Of a stretch of 64,000 bases of DNA, positions 38,429-50,098 are shown one piece after another. Under the pieces are notes generated by a model that saw only the letters and a list, made by a program, of their open reading frames with translations, was not told the origin of the DNA and ran no database searches. This stretch comes from an uncultured Acidobacteriota bacterium (lineage in GTDB: Bacteria > Acidobacteriota > Terriglobia > Acidiferrales > UBA7541): positions 761,744-825,743 of the forward strand of contig CAWAHR010000001.1 in assembly GCA_963781995.1 (NCBI GenBank). The letters are read 5' to 3'. A program made the position numbers and the translations under genes. Every line of letters begins with the position of its first letter. Positions within the stretch are counted from its first letter, which is position 1.

Positions 38429-39925
38429 ATGAAGCGGTTTTTGACAGCGATGGCTGTCGCAGGATTGGCATTCGGGTTGTTGGCCGGATGCAACGATTAC
38501 AACAATTCGATTCAGTACAACACGGGTGCGTCGGTGTCGAACATTTCCCCGACCGGGCTACCCGCGGGGAGTCCGGCATTCCTGCTTACGGTGAATGGGC
38601 TTGCGGCCAACCCATTCGCAAACAACACGGTGATTCAGTGGAACGGGCAGAAGTTGACGACGACGGTTGTGGACACTGTAACCCTGACCGCAATGGTCCC
38701 TGCGACTCTGCTGACCAAACCGGGGATAGCCTACGTCAACACGCTGACGCCGCAATCGGGGCTGGGCTACAACGGGCTCTCGAATACGCTGGCGTTCAAC
38801 ATTTATGGTGCGCCGAATCCGCTTCCGACGCTGGCTTCGGTATCGCCAAATTCCGCGCCGGCTTGCGGAACGAGTTGCACGAATGTTTCCGTGTCGATCA
38901 CCGTGACGGGGACCAATTTTTTGCCGGCCTCGAATAACGGAGGCACGTTGGTAACTCTGGCCGACCAACTGACATCCCAACAGCAACCAACGGCCCTGAC
39001 GATCACCAGCTTTTCGGACACGCAAATCAAAGCGGTGATCCCGGGCATGTATTTGGCGAATCCGGACACGGCGAGTATCCAGGTGGTCAATCCGCCAAGC
39101 GGTTTATGCACCAGTCCCAGCTGCCTGCCGCTGGTGGGTGGAGGTTACAGCGGAACTCTCCCGTTTCTGATCGGAGGCGGGGCGCCGGCGGCAGCGGTTG
39201 GGGAAGAGACGCCGGCGATCAGCCAGGATGGGCGGTACGTCGTGTACGCGTCGCAGCAAAATCAGGTGAATCAGATTTTGTTGAAGGATACGTGCATTGG
39301 AGTGACCAGCGGATGCACCGCGAGCACGCGGATGGTTTCCGCAGCGGCCGATGGCACGGCGGGAAACGCGGACAGCCACAACGCGGTAATTACGCCGGAT
39401 GGCCGGTACGTGGCCTTTGGTTCCGCGGCGACGAATCTGGTGGAAGGGTCGCCGGCGGGTCGCCAGGTCTACGTGCATGACACGTGTATTGGGGCCACGA
39501 ATTCGTGCAAGAGTACGACGACGCTGATTTCGACGGACGCGCAAGGCGCGTTGAACGGAACGGAAAGCATACTGCCGTCGATCAGCACGTCGGGGCGGTT
39601 CGTGGCATTTGTGGCCATTATCCCGAGCAACACGCCGAAGGTGCCCGCCGGCGCTGCTGCGAGCGCGCAGGCTGCTCCCAACAGCGGATTGCGGCAGGTA
39701 TTCGTTCGCGATACCTGTCTCGGAGAGGCGAATTGCACTCCGAAAACGACGCGGATTTCGCTGGTGCCTGGGGACGCTCCCGCCAATGGGACGAAGCCCG
39801 CCGGGCCAGCGATCAGCGGACTGGCCAAGCAGATTGCGCTGGTGGAGGGAAAGACTTCGACGGTGTTTACGCCTACGGTGGCGGTGGATGAGGGCGTGAT
39901 TTTGGCGGTGCCGAAGGAACAGTAA
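38429..39925 (+). CDS. Lipoprotein with IPT/TIG and TolB-like (PD40) domains
   Basis: Lipobox LLAGC, two IPT-like modules, PAISQDGRYVVY / TPDGRYVAF / SISTSGRFVAF repeats; AAGGAG RBS. Confidence 0.75.
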   Translation: MKRFLTAMAVAGLAFGLLAGCNDYNNSIQYNTGASVSNISPTGLPAGSPAFLLTVNGLAANPFANNTVIQWNGQKLTTTVVDTVTLTAMVPATLLTKPGIAYVNTLTPQSGLGYNGLSNTLAFNIYGAPNPLPTLASVSPNSAPACGTSCTNVSVSITVTGTNFLPASNNGGTLVTLADQLTSQQQPTALTITSFSDTQIKAVIPGMYLANPDTASIQVVNPPSGLCTSPSCLPLVGGGYSGTLPFLIGGGAPAAAVGEETPAISQDGRYVVYASQQNQVNQILLKDTCIGVTSGCTASTRMVSAAADGTAGNADSHNAVITPDGRYVAFGSAATNLVEGSPAGRQVYVHDTCIGATNSCKSTTTLISTDAQGALNGTESILPSISTSGRFVAFVAIIPSNTPKVPAGAAASAQAAPNSGLRQVFVRDTCLGEANCTPKTTRISLVPGDAPANGTKPAGPAISGLAKQIALVEGKTSTVFTPTVAVDEGVILAVPKEQ

Positions 39926-40091
39926 AGGAAGATTGAACCTGGAGTCGCGTTCCGCGACTCCGGGGTATTCGTTGGCAACTTGCTTGGCGGATGGTTGGCC
40001 GGTTTGGTGTTAGGGTCAAAAGCAAAAGCTGAGCTTCCCTTCGGCTAGCTCAGGGTAAACCCTTCGTTCCTCAGGGCAAGCCGCATTCGAT

Positions 40092-40125
40092 AAAAAGAGC
40101 GTCCCGCTCTGGTGGGACGCTCTTT
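40092..40125. terminator. Bidirectional intrinsic terminator
   Basis: aaaagagcgtccc-gctctggt-gggacgctctttt, between convergent genes. Confidence 0.8.
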
Positions 40126-40149
40126 TGCTTTGGGGTGCGCTCTGGAAAC

Positions 40150-41509
40150 TTAGCCCATGAAGCCGAGATTGCTGGTCGGAAAATTCGCCAGGTTGGGAAA
40201 AATGGATGGCAGGTCGGTGGCCTGCACTCCGAACCAGGTGGCCAGCGTTGCGGCGTACTGGTCGAGGGCAGTAGTGGGAATCCAGCGGCCGTTGTTGCCG
40301 GCATCATCCGGGCCACCGAGCGCGAGCGTGGGGAAGGTGCCGTAGACGTTGTTGCCTTTGACCGCGTCGCCAAGGATCAACTGGTGGCTGCCCCAGGCGT
40401 GGTCCGTGCCGCCGTTGGTGCCGGGCTGCAAGGTGCGGCTGAATTCCGAAAGAGTGAAGGTGGTGACCTGATTGGAGACGCCGAGTTCCTGGGTGGCCTG
40501 GTAGAAGGCGGACATGGACTGGCTGATTTTGGTCAGGAGATCGATCTGCTGGGTGAGCTGATCGCTGTGGGTATCGAAGCCGCCATAGGAGCAGAAGAAA
40601 ATCTGACGGCCCATGCCGAGGGCCGCACGCGTGGCGATGACCTGAGCCACCTGTTGAAGCTGCTGCGCGAGGTAGTTGTTGGGGAAAACGGTTTGCAAGG
40701 GAGCGATATTTTTCAGGGCGTCGGCGAGAACGACGCTGTATTGCACGGCCTGGCTGGTGACCGAGTTTGCGGATTGCACCAGGGAGAGGCCGTTGTCGAA
40801 GGTGAGCAGTTGCTGGGTGGCGAGAAAGCGCGCCTGGCCCGCGGCGGAAGAATCGAATCCCTGTAATCCGGGCGTTTGCCCCGGATTCATGGTGAAGGGG
40901 CGGGTCACATCTCCGGTGGAAAAGACGGTGTTGCCGGAGACCGAAAGAACGGGAGGAAATTGCGCGGCGCTATTGAAGGAGCTTTGCACCTTGTCGGCAA
41001 CTTTGCCGGCCCAGCCGGCGTTGGGCGTGCCCGGCAAGCTGGGCGCTCTGCCATTGATCCTGCTGGTCGGAGTGAGAATAAAGATTTTCGGGAAGATTCT
41101 GATATTGCTGATAGGCCTGCTGCGTGGTGGGCTGGACAAGCGTGCCCACATTCGAGAGCACGGCCAGATTTTTCTGGTTGTTGAAGAGGGATTGCAGTTC
41201 GGGCATGTTGGGATGCAGGGCGTAGTTGGCCTGGCCTCCGATTTGCAATGGCAGCAACAGGTTTTGCGGCAGCGCGAGAACCGAACGCGCCTGCTGATAT
41301 GCGGTGTAGCGGGAATCGATGGGCACGATCATGTTGTTGGAGTCATTCCCGCCAAAGAGAAAGATGCAGACCAGAGCTTTGTAATCGGTGGCGCCCTGGG
41401 CAAGGGCGCTGACCAAACCAAATTTGCTGAGTCCCGCGAGCATGGAAGCGCCGGCGGCGGAACAGCAGGCCAGCCGCATGAAGTCTCTTCGTGAGTGGTG
41501 ATTCATCAT
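40150..41509 (-). CDS. DUF1501 family protein with a Tat signal; apparent +1 frameshift near 41030
   Basis: SRRDFMRL, YKALVCIFLFGGNDSNN, GGFDTHSDQ, SEFSRTL..GGTDHAWG, GRWIPTTALDQY. Confidence 0.85.
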
Positions 41510-41524
41510 GGTCTCCTATGCGCC

Positions 41525-44500
41525 TTAGTGCTGAACCTGGTACATCGAAGAAGAAGTGACCAGGTAGATCGCAGCCTTGGCTTGCCCCTTGGTGTCGCTG
41601 GAATCCACAGTATTAACGGCAGTGAGAATATTCTGGCGCATGGTGTCGGGCATGGTGCCGTGCATGAAAAGAGTGTTCAGCCAGTCCATCATTTGATCGG
41701 GAGTCCCCGCGTTGATGACCGGAGTAAAATTGAACTGCGTGCTTGAACCAACCGCGCCATAAACGACGTCATCAATAAAGTTGGCGCGAGCAAGGCTGGA
41801 GTGAGTGTCAAAGATCGCGAATTCGGGGCCGTTGAGGGTGCTGCCAGCAATCGGACTCGTGGGCGGGAAGAAGTTGAACACGGTCGCCGGGAAGAAAACG
41901 GTTTGTTCCATGTTGCCGCCTTCATTCGGGAGGCCGGCAGCGTCCGTTTGCGCATGGAAGGCGCGCAGAATGCTGGCTTCCATGACGATCGGCTCACGAA
42001 GTTTGCCGTCGGTAGCGACGGAGGTGTTGGGGTCGTCGCCACGGCGCGCTTCGGGGTCGAGCAAGATCGCGGCGATGGTGGCCTGCATGTCGCCGCGAGT
42101 ACCGCCGCCATAGGTATTGAACTTGCCGGTGTTGAAGGCTTGCGCAACGCGTTGAATATAGGCGGAGCTCGGGTTGCTGGTGACCAGGCGGAGAATCAAC
42201 TGCCGGGCGACGAAGGGACCAACATTCGGATGATTGAAGATGGTGGTGAGTGAGGAGTTGAGATCGTTCACCGCGGTTTGCCCGGCGGGTATGGATTGGC
42301 CGAGCAAAGTCTTGGCTTCCATGTCGTGGTTGGAATCCACCGCCACCATCGGCCCACCGTAATACTCCGGATTATGCGTCTGCTGGCCGGCGCCCGGTTT
42401 GGCCGGGTAGGTCCAGCCGGTGAAGGCGAGACCCAGGGCCATGACGTCGTTCTGGGTGTAGGTTGGCACGGGATTTCCGGAGGTGTCCAGAACCGGAGTG
42501 CCATCGGGATTGAGTTGATTTAATCCTAAGGTGAAAAGCTGCATGATTTCACGGGCATAGTTTTCGTTGGCGTGCTGGCCAACGGCGCGGCTTGTCGTTG
42601 TCCACCATGTCGAGATAGTGGCCCATCGCCGGAGTGATGGTGATGTCTTTCATGATGTTGTAGTAGTTGGTGAAGGCATCCTGGTCGAACGTAGTGAGGT
42701 AATTGGTGTAACCGGTGGGGTCGCTGACTTTGTCGCCGGCGACGACCCAGAGCTCGTTGAGAGCGAGGGAAACGCGGCGGCGGAGTTGATCGCCACCCAT
42801 TGCGGCGTTGAGGAAGAAGGGCTGCTGGAGATTGTAAACGGATGGATTGATCGCCGGATTGAAAGTGGGAAAGATGGTGCTGGGAGAGGTGAACTGGTTC
42901 TGAAGATAGATATCGAAGCCAAGTTCCTGAACCTGATCGATGGATTCGGTATTGGGGCCGAAGGAGGATTGTTCAAGGAAACGGACGGCTGCCGCAGAGC
43001 TGACGGGGGAGCCGTTGGCGGTAACCGTGACGCTGGCGGAAGCGGAACCACCGCCGCCGGGGCCCGGATTGGTGATGGTGATCGGAACGGTGCCCGGAGT
43101 CGCACCGGTGCCGATGGCGGTGATGAGGTTCGGCGTAGCGTAGAGAACCTGGAGCTGCTGGCCGGCGAAGCTGACGGTGGAGGTGTTCACGAAGTTGCTG
43201 CCGTTGAGCGAGATTTGAAACGCGCCAGGACCGATGGTGCTCGGGGAAACCGTGTCGAGAACGGGAGCGGGGTTTAGCAGTGCGACGCCGGCGTTGCCGG
43301 ACTTCGTGGTGTCTGCCTCGCTGACGGCAGTGACCGTAACCGAGTTTCCATTGGGCAGATTGTCCGGTGCGACGTACACGCCGTCCATGCTGACGTAGCC
43401 GACCTGGCTGTAGCCGCTCTGAACGCCATTCACTTCCCAAGTGACCGTAGTGTTGGTGGTGCCGCTAACGGTCGCGGTGAATGCTTGCGAACCGCCGGCG
43501 ACTATCAAGGTGACGTTGGCGGGCGCGACCTTGACAGAGATGTTCGAATTCGGCTGGGTCACCAGAAGGTTTAGTGAGTTGGAAGGAGCCGAGCCTGGAT
43601 TTGGATTGACGACGGTGACGGGGACGTTGCCCACCTGGCCGGCCGTGAGCGTGGTGGTGGCGGTGAGCTGGGTGGAGGATACGTAGATGGTGGTGAGATT
43701 CTGACCGCCGAGATTGATCACCGCGCCGTTGAGAAACAAACTGCCGGTGACGGTGATCGTGGCGCTGCCGATCGTAACGGAGACCGGATTGACCTGGCTG
43801 AGAACCGCAAGCGGATTCTCGAGCGTAACCGCGGAGTTGCCGAAGGCGGTGTTGTCGGCCACGCTGGTGGCGGTGACCTGAATGCTGTTTGGATTCGGGA
43901 CGACGGGCGGCGCGGTGTAGACGCCATTCGCGGTAACGAAACCAAGCGCAAAGCTGCCGCCGGCGATGCCATTGACGGCCCAAGTGACGCCGGTATTGGA
44001 GTTGCCGGTCACCGTGGCGGTGAATTGTTGCTGCAATCCCGAGCGAACGGAGAGAGTTGGGGGCGCAACGTTTACGACAGTGCCGGTTTTGGTGATCCGC
44101 ACACTGATGCTGCTGGAAGAAGCGGAACCCGGGTTGGGATTCGTGACCATCAGGTTGGCGTTGCCAACCTGATTCAGCTCGACGGCGCCGGTGGCTGTGA
44201 TTTGCGTGGAAGAAATGAGCGTGGTGGCGAGTGGCGTGCCGCCGAGATAAACGGTGGCGCCCGGCGCGAAATGAAGGCCGGTGATATTCACGGTGATAGC
44301 GCCCACGGCAAAGGACATGGGAGAGGCGGTGGAAATTTGGGGGATGGGATTCTGCAGGGAGACCTTGGCGGTGCCATATTTATTGGAATCGGAAGTGACC
44401 TGCGCCGTGACGGTGATGGAGTTGTTTGCGGGAGGAAATTCAGGCGCGACGTAGAGCCCGGAAGCACTGATTGTCCCGGTTGTGGCGGAGCCGCCGGCGA

Positions 44501-44711
44501 CGCCGTTAACCAGCCAAGTGAGAGCCGGATTTGAGCCATCATCGGCTTTGGCAGTGAATTGCTGCGAGCTCGTGCCGTGGAGCGTTGCGCTCCCGGGGGT
44601 GACCGCGAGGCCGAAGGATTGCGCACCCCCGCCACCGCTGGTGTACAGGGAGGAGCATCCACCCAGGACAATGGAGAGGAGCAGAAAAAGCATAAGTTTT
44701 GTGCGGTTCAC
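41525..44711 (-). CDS. DUF1800 family lipoprotein with three tandem Ig/IPT modules; apparent frameshift near 42590
   Basis: Lipobox LGGC; AAVRFLEQSSFGP, DQLRRRVSLAL, NENYAREIMQLFTLG, HPNVGPF, LVTSNPS. Confidence 0.85.
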
Positions 44712-45029
44712 CGCAGTCTCTCCCCTAAGACAATTCCGCCAAGAAGAAAACGATCAGGGTTGCCCGATTCTTCTCGTTTTGATTCCGGCGGATGGCAGGA
44801 CTGGTTGGGGAAGAGTAGAAGCAGAGAGCGAATTGCACTACTGGCCAGCGGGACAGAAATGGGATAGCTGTTCGGCTGTACTTGCGAGATTCAAAATAAA
44901 ACGCGGGCGCAATGGGAACCTGTAGATTCTCAGGCCTGGCAAACCTGAGGGTTTTCGTAGCCACGAATCAATCCTGCCAGCGCCGTGGAAACCCTCGCCC
45001 CTCGAAGGGGCGAGCTACAGGAACGCGAT

Positions 45030-46017
45030 TTAGTTGAAACGGACTTTGATGTCGGGACGTTTTTCCAGGCGCACGGAGTCCACGAAACGCACCTGGCGCT
45101 CGTCGAGCGTAAGAATCATGGAAGAGGTGCGGATGCCTTCGCCGAAGAAGCGCACGCCTTTCAGCAATATTTCCGTCGGTGACACCGGTGCAGGCGAAAA
45201 TGATTTTTTTGCCTGGGGCGAGATCCTCGGTGTCATAGATGCGCTTGGTGTCGGTGACGCCCATTTTTGCCAGGCGCTCGGCATCCTGGGGCTTGCTGAT
45301 GACCAGACGCGCGAGAATCTGCCCGTTGAGGCAGCGCAGGGCCGCGGCCGTGAGCACGCCTTCAGGAGCGCCGCCAGTGCCCATGAGCATGTGAACGCCG
45401 GTGCCGATGACGGCAGCGGAGATGCCAGCGGACAGATCGCCGTCGCCAATGAGGCGGATGCGCGCGCCGACCGCACGGATCTGCTCGATCATTTTTTCAT
45501 GGCGGGGGCGGTCCAGGACCATGACGACCAGGTCTTCGACGTCGCGGTCCAGGCGCTTGGCAACGGATTTGAGATTGTCGGCGACGGGAGCGTCGAGATC
45601 CACGGCGCCCTTGCACGATGGACCGACGACAATTTTTTCCATGTACAGATCGGGAGCGTGGAGCAGGCCGCCCTTTTCGCTGGCGGCGAGCACGGCGATG
45701 GAATTGGGCGCGCCGGTGGCGCAGAGATTGGTGCCTTCGAGCGGGTCAACGGCAATATCCACCGAAGGAAAAAGTGCCTTGGGCGCGTGCTGGGCGAGGC
45801 CGACTTTTTCGCCGATGTACAGCATGGGCGCTTCGTCGCGTTCGCCTTCGCCGATGACGATGGTGCCGTCCATCTCCACTTGGTCCATGGTCTTGCGCAT
45901 GGCTTCGACGGCAACTTCATCGGCTTTGTGGCGATCGCCGAAGCCCATGGTGCGGGCCGCAGCGATGGCGGCATTTTCGACGACGCGCAGAAATTCGAGA
46001 CTTAGTTGTTCTTCCAT
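45030..46017 (-). CDS. glpX: Class II fructose-1,6-bisphosphatase; apparent frameshift near 45170
   Basis: [43 protein letters not shown]; the C-terminus LLKGVRF...VRFN lies in another frame. Confidence 0.9.
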
Positions 46018-46138
46018 GTTGGCGCCCTCCGCGGACGCTTATCTTAGGGCAAAGCGCGGCTTAAGGTCGATACAGATGATGGATGCGATGGAGCGAAGTC
46101 GGCACCCGCAATGGGTAATGAACACCGTGACTTGGATT

Positions 46139-47422
46139 CTATGGCAAAGCGTCCCTGGAAGGAAGCGCACGGATGGTGGCATTGATGAGAAACGGGTCGG
46201 TGAACTCGGTGCGTTCGCCGGCGTGCTTGCCGGCGACGGGGAGCAGGCGCGCGGAGAGCGGCTTGCTCCATTTGACGGAGAGCGTGGCGACATCGCCGAT
46301 GATGCGGGCGAGATCTTCGACGGTGGTGTCACCGGGAAGAGGAATGGTATCGAGACCGGTGGCGCAGACGGCGGAGTAGCTGAGCAGGGCATCGAGGGAC
46401 ACGCGGCCCTGATTCCAACGTTCGGCGAGAAGCGGATCTTCCATGACAGGTAGCATGATGCCGGAGTAGCCGGTGCGGCGAGCGCCGATTTCCTTGATGG
46501 CGGACGTGATGGTGCCGACGGCGGTGAGCGTGCCGCTGGCGCCGAAGGGCTGCTTGGAGATGGTTTCAATGGCCGCGCCAATGGATGCGTCCTGCGAGGA
46601 AGCGGGAGAGAGATCGAGGCCCAGGTAGGTCCAGCCCTGTTCGCGATCTACCCGGTGTGCGGCGTCTTCCACGTCGAAGCTCGCGTTGAAGAGGGCGTCG
46701 ATGATCTGGCGGCGGGCGGCGGCGAGGTCGGGAGCGTTTTGCGCGGCGGTGGCGATGAGGCCGGCAGAAGCCAGGCCGATGGCGAACTGGTGGCCATTGC
46801 CGGTGTGATACGCGCCGGGGAAGAAGGCAGAGTAGGGTGGCACACTGGCATTGGCGGCGAAATGGAAATTGCCTTCGCTGTGGTCGGTGGTTTCAGAAAG
46901 CTTTTTCATGATTCGGGCGGCGGCGTTTACGGCCGGCCAGTTGATGCCGGAATCGTTGGTGACGGCGAGGCTGCCGAAAATAAATTTCGTGTTTTGCAGG
47001 ATGGCGGCAAGGAGATCGGCCTGGGCGTCGCCGTCGCTGCCGGTGAGATAGGCGGAGCCGACGGCCAGGCGGAATTTATTTTGTTCGGCGATGCCATCGA
47101 GATTTTTGAAGAAGCGGATGGCGTCGTCGGTGGAGAGGCCCTTGGTGTATTCGGGGAAGGGCTGTGTGACGATGCGGAGGGTGTCCACGGTGTAGCCGCG
47201 GGATTCGAAGACCGTTTTTGCGTAACCGAGAAATTTGGAGGTTTCGGCGAGCTGCAGTTGGTATTGCGTGCGATCGAGATTGATGAAGGCGGTGATGGTG
47301 CGGACGTGGGGCTTCGGATTTTCAGCAGCCTTCGGTGGCGGCGCCGATTGCGCGTAGAGCGAAGGAGCGAGGGCGGAAATTGTGAATAAGCAGAAACCGA
47401 GAGCTTTTGAGAGGTTTTTCAT
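46139..47422 (-). CDS. DUF711-family protein with a signal peptide
   Basis: [51 protein letters not shown]. Confidence 0.75.
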   Translation of the reverse strand: MKNLSKALGFCLFTISALAPSLYAQSAPPPKAAENPKPHVRTITAFINLDRTQYQLQLAETSKFLGYAKTVFESRGYTVDTLRIVTQPFPEYTKGLSTDDAIRFFKNLDGIAEQNKFRLAVGSAYLTGSDGDAQADLLAAILQNTKFIFGSLAVTNDSGINWPAVNAAARIMKKLSETTDHSEGNFHFAANASVPPYSAFFPGAYHTGNGHQFAIGLASAGLIATAAQNAPDLAAARRQIIDALFNASFDVEDAAHRVDREQGWTYLGLDLSPASSQDASIGAAIETISKQPFGASGTLTAVGTITSAIKEIGARRTGYSGIMLPVMEDPLLAERWNQGRVSLDALLSYSAVCATGLDTIPLPGDTTVEDLARIIGDVATLSVKWSKPLSARLLPVAGKHAGERTEFTDPFLINATIRALPSRDALP

Positions 47423-47427
47423 GGGGA

Positions 47428-48601
47428 TCACATAAAGGCGGAGATGCCGGTGATTTTTTCTCCGATGATGAGCTTGTGGATGTCGTTGGTGCCTTCGTAG
47501 GTGTAGACGCTTTCGAGATTATTCATGTGGCGCATGATGCAGTAATCGTCGACGATGCCGTTGGCGCCGAGGATGTCGCGGGACTTTGCGGGCGGTTTCG
47601 AGCGCGATGCCGACGTTGTTCATTTTGAGCATGGAGATGTGCGAGGCGTCGGCTTTGCCGTTATCTTTCAGGCGGCCAACTTGCAACGCAAGCAACTGAC
47701 CTTTGACGATTTCGGTGATCATCCAGGCGAGTTTTTCCTGTACCAACTGGTGAGAGGCTATGGGCTTGTTGGCGAATTGCTTGCGCGTCTTTGCGTATTG
47801 CAGCGCGGTGTCGTAGCAGGCCATGGCCGCGCCCAGAGCGCCCCAGCCGATTCCGTAGCGCGCCTGATTGAGGCAACTGAGCGGGCCGCGCAAGCCCTTC
47901 ACGCCGGGAAGAAGATTTTCTTCCGGGATGGCGCAATCGCTGAAAGAGAGGCCGGAAGTGACGGAGGCACGCAAGGACCATTTGCCGTGGACGTCCCAGG
48001 CTTTGAAACCGGGAGCGCCTTTTTCGACAAGGAAGCCGCGGACCTTTTCGTCTTCGGCTTTGGCCCAGACGACGGCGACGTCGGCGAGGGAGCCGCTGGT
48101 GATCCACATTTTTTCACCGTTGAGGATGTACTGGTTGCCCTTCTTCACGGCCCGGGTGAGCATGCCGCCGGGATTGGAGCCGAATTGCGGTTCGGTGAGG
48201 CCGAAGCAGCCGACGGCGTTGCCGGATTGCAGGCGCGGCAGCCATTTGTCTTTTTGCGCGTCGCTGCCGAAGGAGTGGATCGGGTACATCACCAGCGCGC
48301 CTTGCACGGAGACGAAACTGCGCAAGCCGGAATCGCCGCGCTCGAGCTCCTGCATCATCAGGCCGTAGGCGACGTTGGACATTCCGGCGCAGCCGTAGCC
48401 ATGAAGATTGGCGCCAAGGAAGCCGAGCTCGCCAAGTTGCGGGATCACATGTTTCGGGAAAGTGCCTTCGCGGCTGTGTTTTTCGATGATGGGGATGATT
48501 TCGTTGTCAACGAACTGACGGGCGGTCTGGCGGACAAGCTTTTCCTCGTCATTCAGTTGAGAATCAAAATCGATGAAATCAACACCGGGAAAAGAGGGCA
48601 T
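47428..48601 (-). CDS. Acyl-CoA dehydrogenase (glutaryl-CoA dehydrogenase-like); apparent frameshift near 47585
   Basis: [51 protein letters not shown]; tail ILGANG...[16 protein letters not shown] in another frame. Confidence 0.88.
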
Positions 48602-48737
48602 GAAAGAATCCTTCGTCGCGTCGCAGGCGCGACGAAGGAAGTGTAGCAAGGCGGTTGACGGGGCAGCAAGAAAGCGGAGTGGAGGCGGGAGAAATTTCTG
48701 CTACCGCGGGGAGTTGCTATCCTGCGGGGACGCAGGA

Positions 48738-48809
48738 TTAGGCGGTGTTCGGCAGCGAGTGCTTCGCCAGGATGGTCAGGAAGTAGGGAAAGATGAGGCG
48801 AAAGGTCAT
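48738..48809 (-). CDS. Candidate 23 aa small hydrophobic peptide
   Basis: AAAGGAG RBS, then MTFRLIFPYFLTILAKHSLPNTA*, followed by a tcctgcg/cgcagga hairpin. Confidence 0.35.
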   Translation of the reverse strand: MTFRLIFPYFLTILAKHSLPNTA

Positions 48810-49008
48810 CAGGGCGCTCCTTTGCTGGAAAGTAGGGAACCCGGGGCCTGCGCTGCGGAGCAACCGTTGCGCAGGCGAAATGTAAGCGGCGGAATGGTTG
48901 AAGGCAAACGCAAAGAATCGCTGGATTGCATTAACAAAGGTGAGAGAGCTGCCGTAGAGCAGGCTTCTTAATCGCAGGAGCACCAGCACCGAAACGCCAG
49001 TCCAAAAG

Positions 49009-49122
49009 TGTCATCCTAAGGGCATCCGACGAGGATGCCTGAAGGATCTCAGCTTATGCGCTTTGGGCGAATTTTGAGTTGAGGTCCTTCGCCTATCCTT
49101 GTCGGATAGGCTCAGGATGACA
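49009..49122. repeat. Inverted pair of TGTC-tagged repeats (BIME-like)
   Basis: 49009-49053 on the minus strand and 49078-49122 on the plus strand; the latter is nearly identical to 28028-28072. Confidence 0.85.
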
Positions 49123-49222
49123 ATCTTTTCCAAGTTTCGACGAAGGATGATTTTTCCTGGCTAAAAGGTCTGCTCTTAGTTGAGCCAGGTGAGGTCTGCA
49201 GCGGAGCGGGTACACTAGATAG

Positions 49223-49945
49223 GTGTCGGAAAGGAAACGGAACGTGGAGAAACGCGCAGTGCGAAAGGTTGATCCGGGGATTCTGATATTTGATGTGGAT
49301 GGGGTGTTGATCGATGTGCGGGAGACGTTTTGGCGGTCGGCGCTGCAGACGGTGGAGCAGCTCACCGGGAAAAAAGCGACGTGGGCGGAACTGCATGAGT
49401 GGAAACGCCATCCGGGGAATAACGACGACTGGATGATGGTTTCGCGGTGGGCCACGAGCCGCGGGGTGCCGACAACCTATGAAGAGGCGCGCGCGGCGTT
49501 TCAACCGTTTTATTGGGGGAGAAACGGAAAACCCGGAAACGTGGTCAAGGAAAAATGGCTGGTGACGCCGAGGCTGGTGGAAAAATGGGCGCGGCGGCGG
49601 GAATTGAATCTGTTCACGGGAAGGACGCGGCCGGAATTTGTGTATTCATTTGAGCGGTGGCCGGCGGCCAAACATTTCCGCAAGGTGGTGACCATGGACG
49701 ACGCGAGAAAAAAGCCGTTCCCCGATGGCTTGCTGGCGATTCTGGGAAAGCGCGATCCGAATTCAGCGTTGTACCTTGGTGACAATGTGGACGATGCGCT
49801 GTCGGCCCAGGCGGCGGCCGTGCCGTTCATGGCGATTCTGCCGAAGAGCGCTCATGACTACGAGGGACGCGCGAGGAGATTCCGCGAATTGGGATCGTTG
49901 GCGTTGCTGGAACGCGCGCGGGACCTGGACAGGTTGCTGGCATAG
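49223..49945 (+). CDS. HAD-superfamily hydrolase
   Basis: Motif I FDVDGVL, motif II FTGR, KKPFP, motif IV YLGDNVDD; start uncertain. Confidence 0.85.
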   Translation: MSERKRNVEKRAVRKVDPGILIFDVDGVLIDVRETFWRSALQTVEQLTGKKATWAELHEWKRHPGNNDDWMMVSRWATSRGVPTTYEEARAAFQPFYWGRNGKPGNVVKEKWLVTPRLVEKWARRRELNLFTGRTRPEFVYSFERWPAAKHFRKVVTMDDARKKPFPDGLLAILGKRDPNSALYLGDNVDDALSAQAAAVPFMAILPKSAHDYEGRARRFRELGSLALLERARDLDRLLA

Positions 49946-50098
49946 GGAGACCCGAGGCATCCTTCCAGTGAGTTTTAGGGATCACATGTGTGGGGCAGGC
50001 ATCGGGCCGGAGAATTTGCGTACGGAACTTTCGTGGGCTTTTAGAGGAATGGAATAGGGGGATTCCGCAGCAGGAGTCCCAGTCAGGAAAAGAAAACC

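Noticed and set aside
24091-49122. Palindromic repeats as a CRISPR array
   Set aside because: They are dispersed singly or in inverted pairs, there are no regularly spaced spacers, and no cas genes are present.
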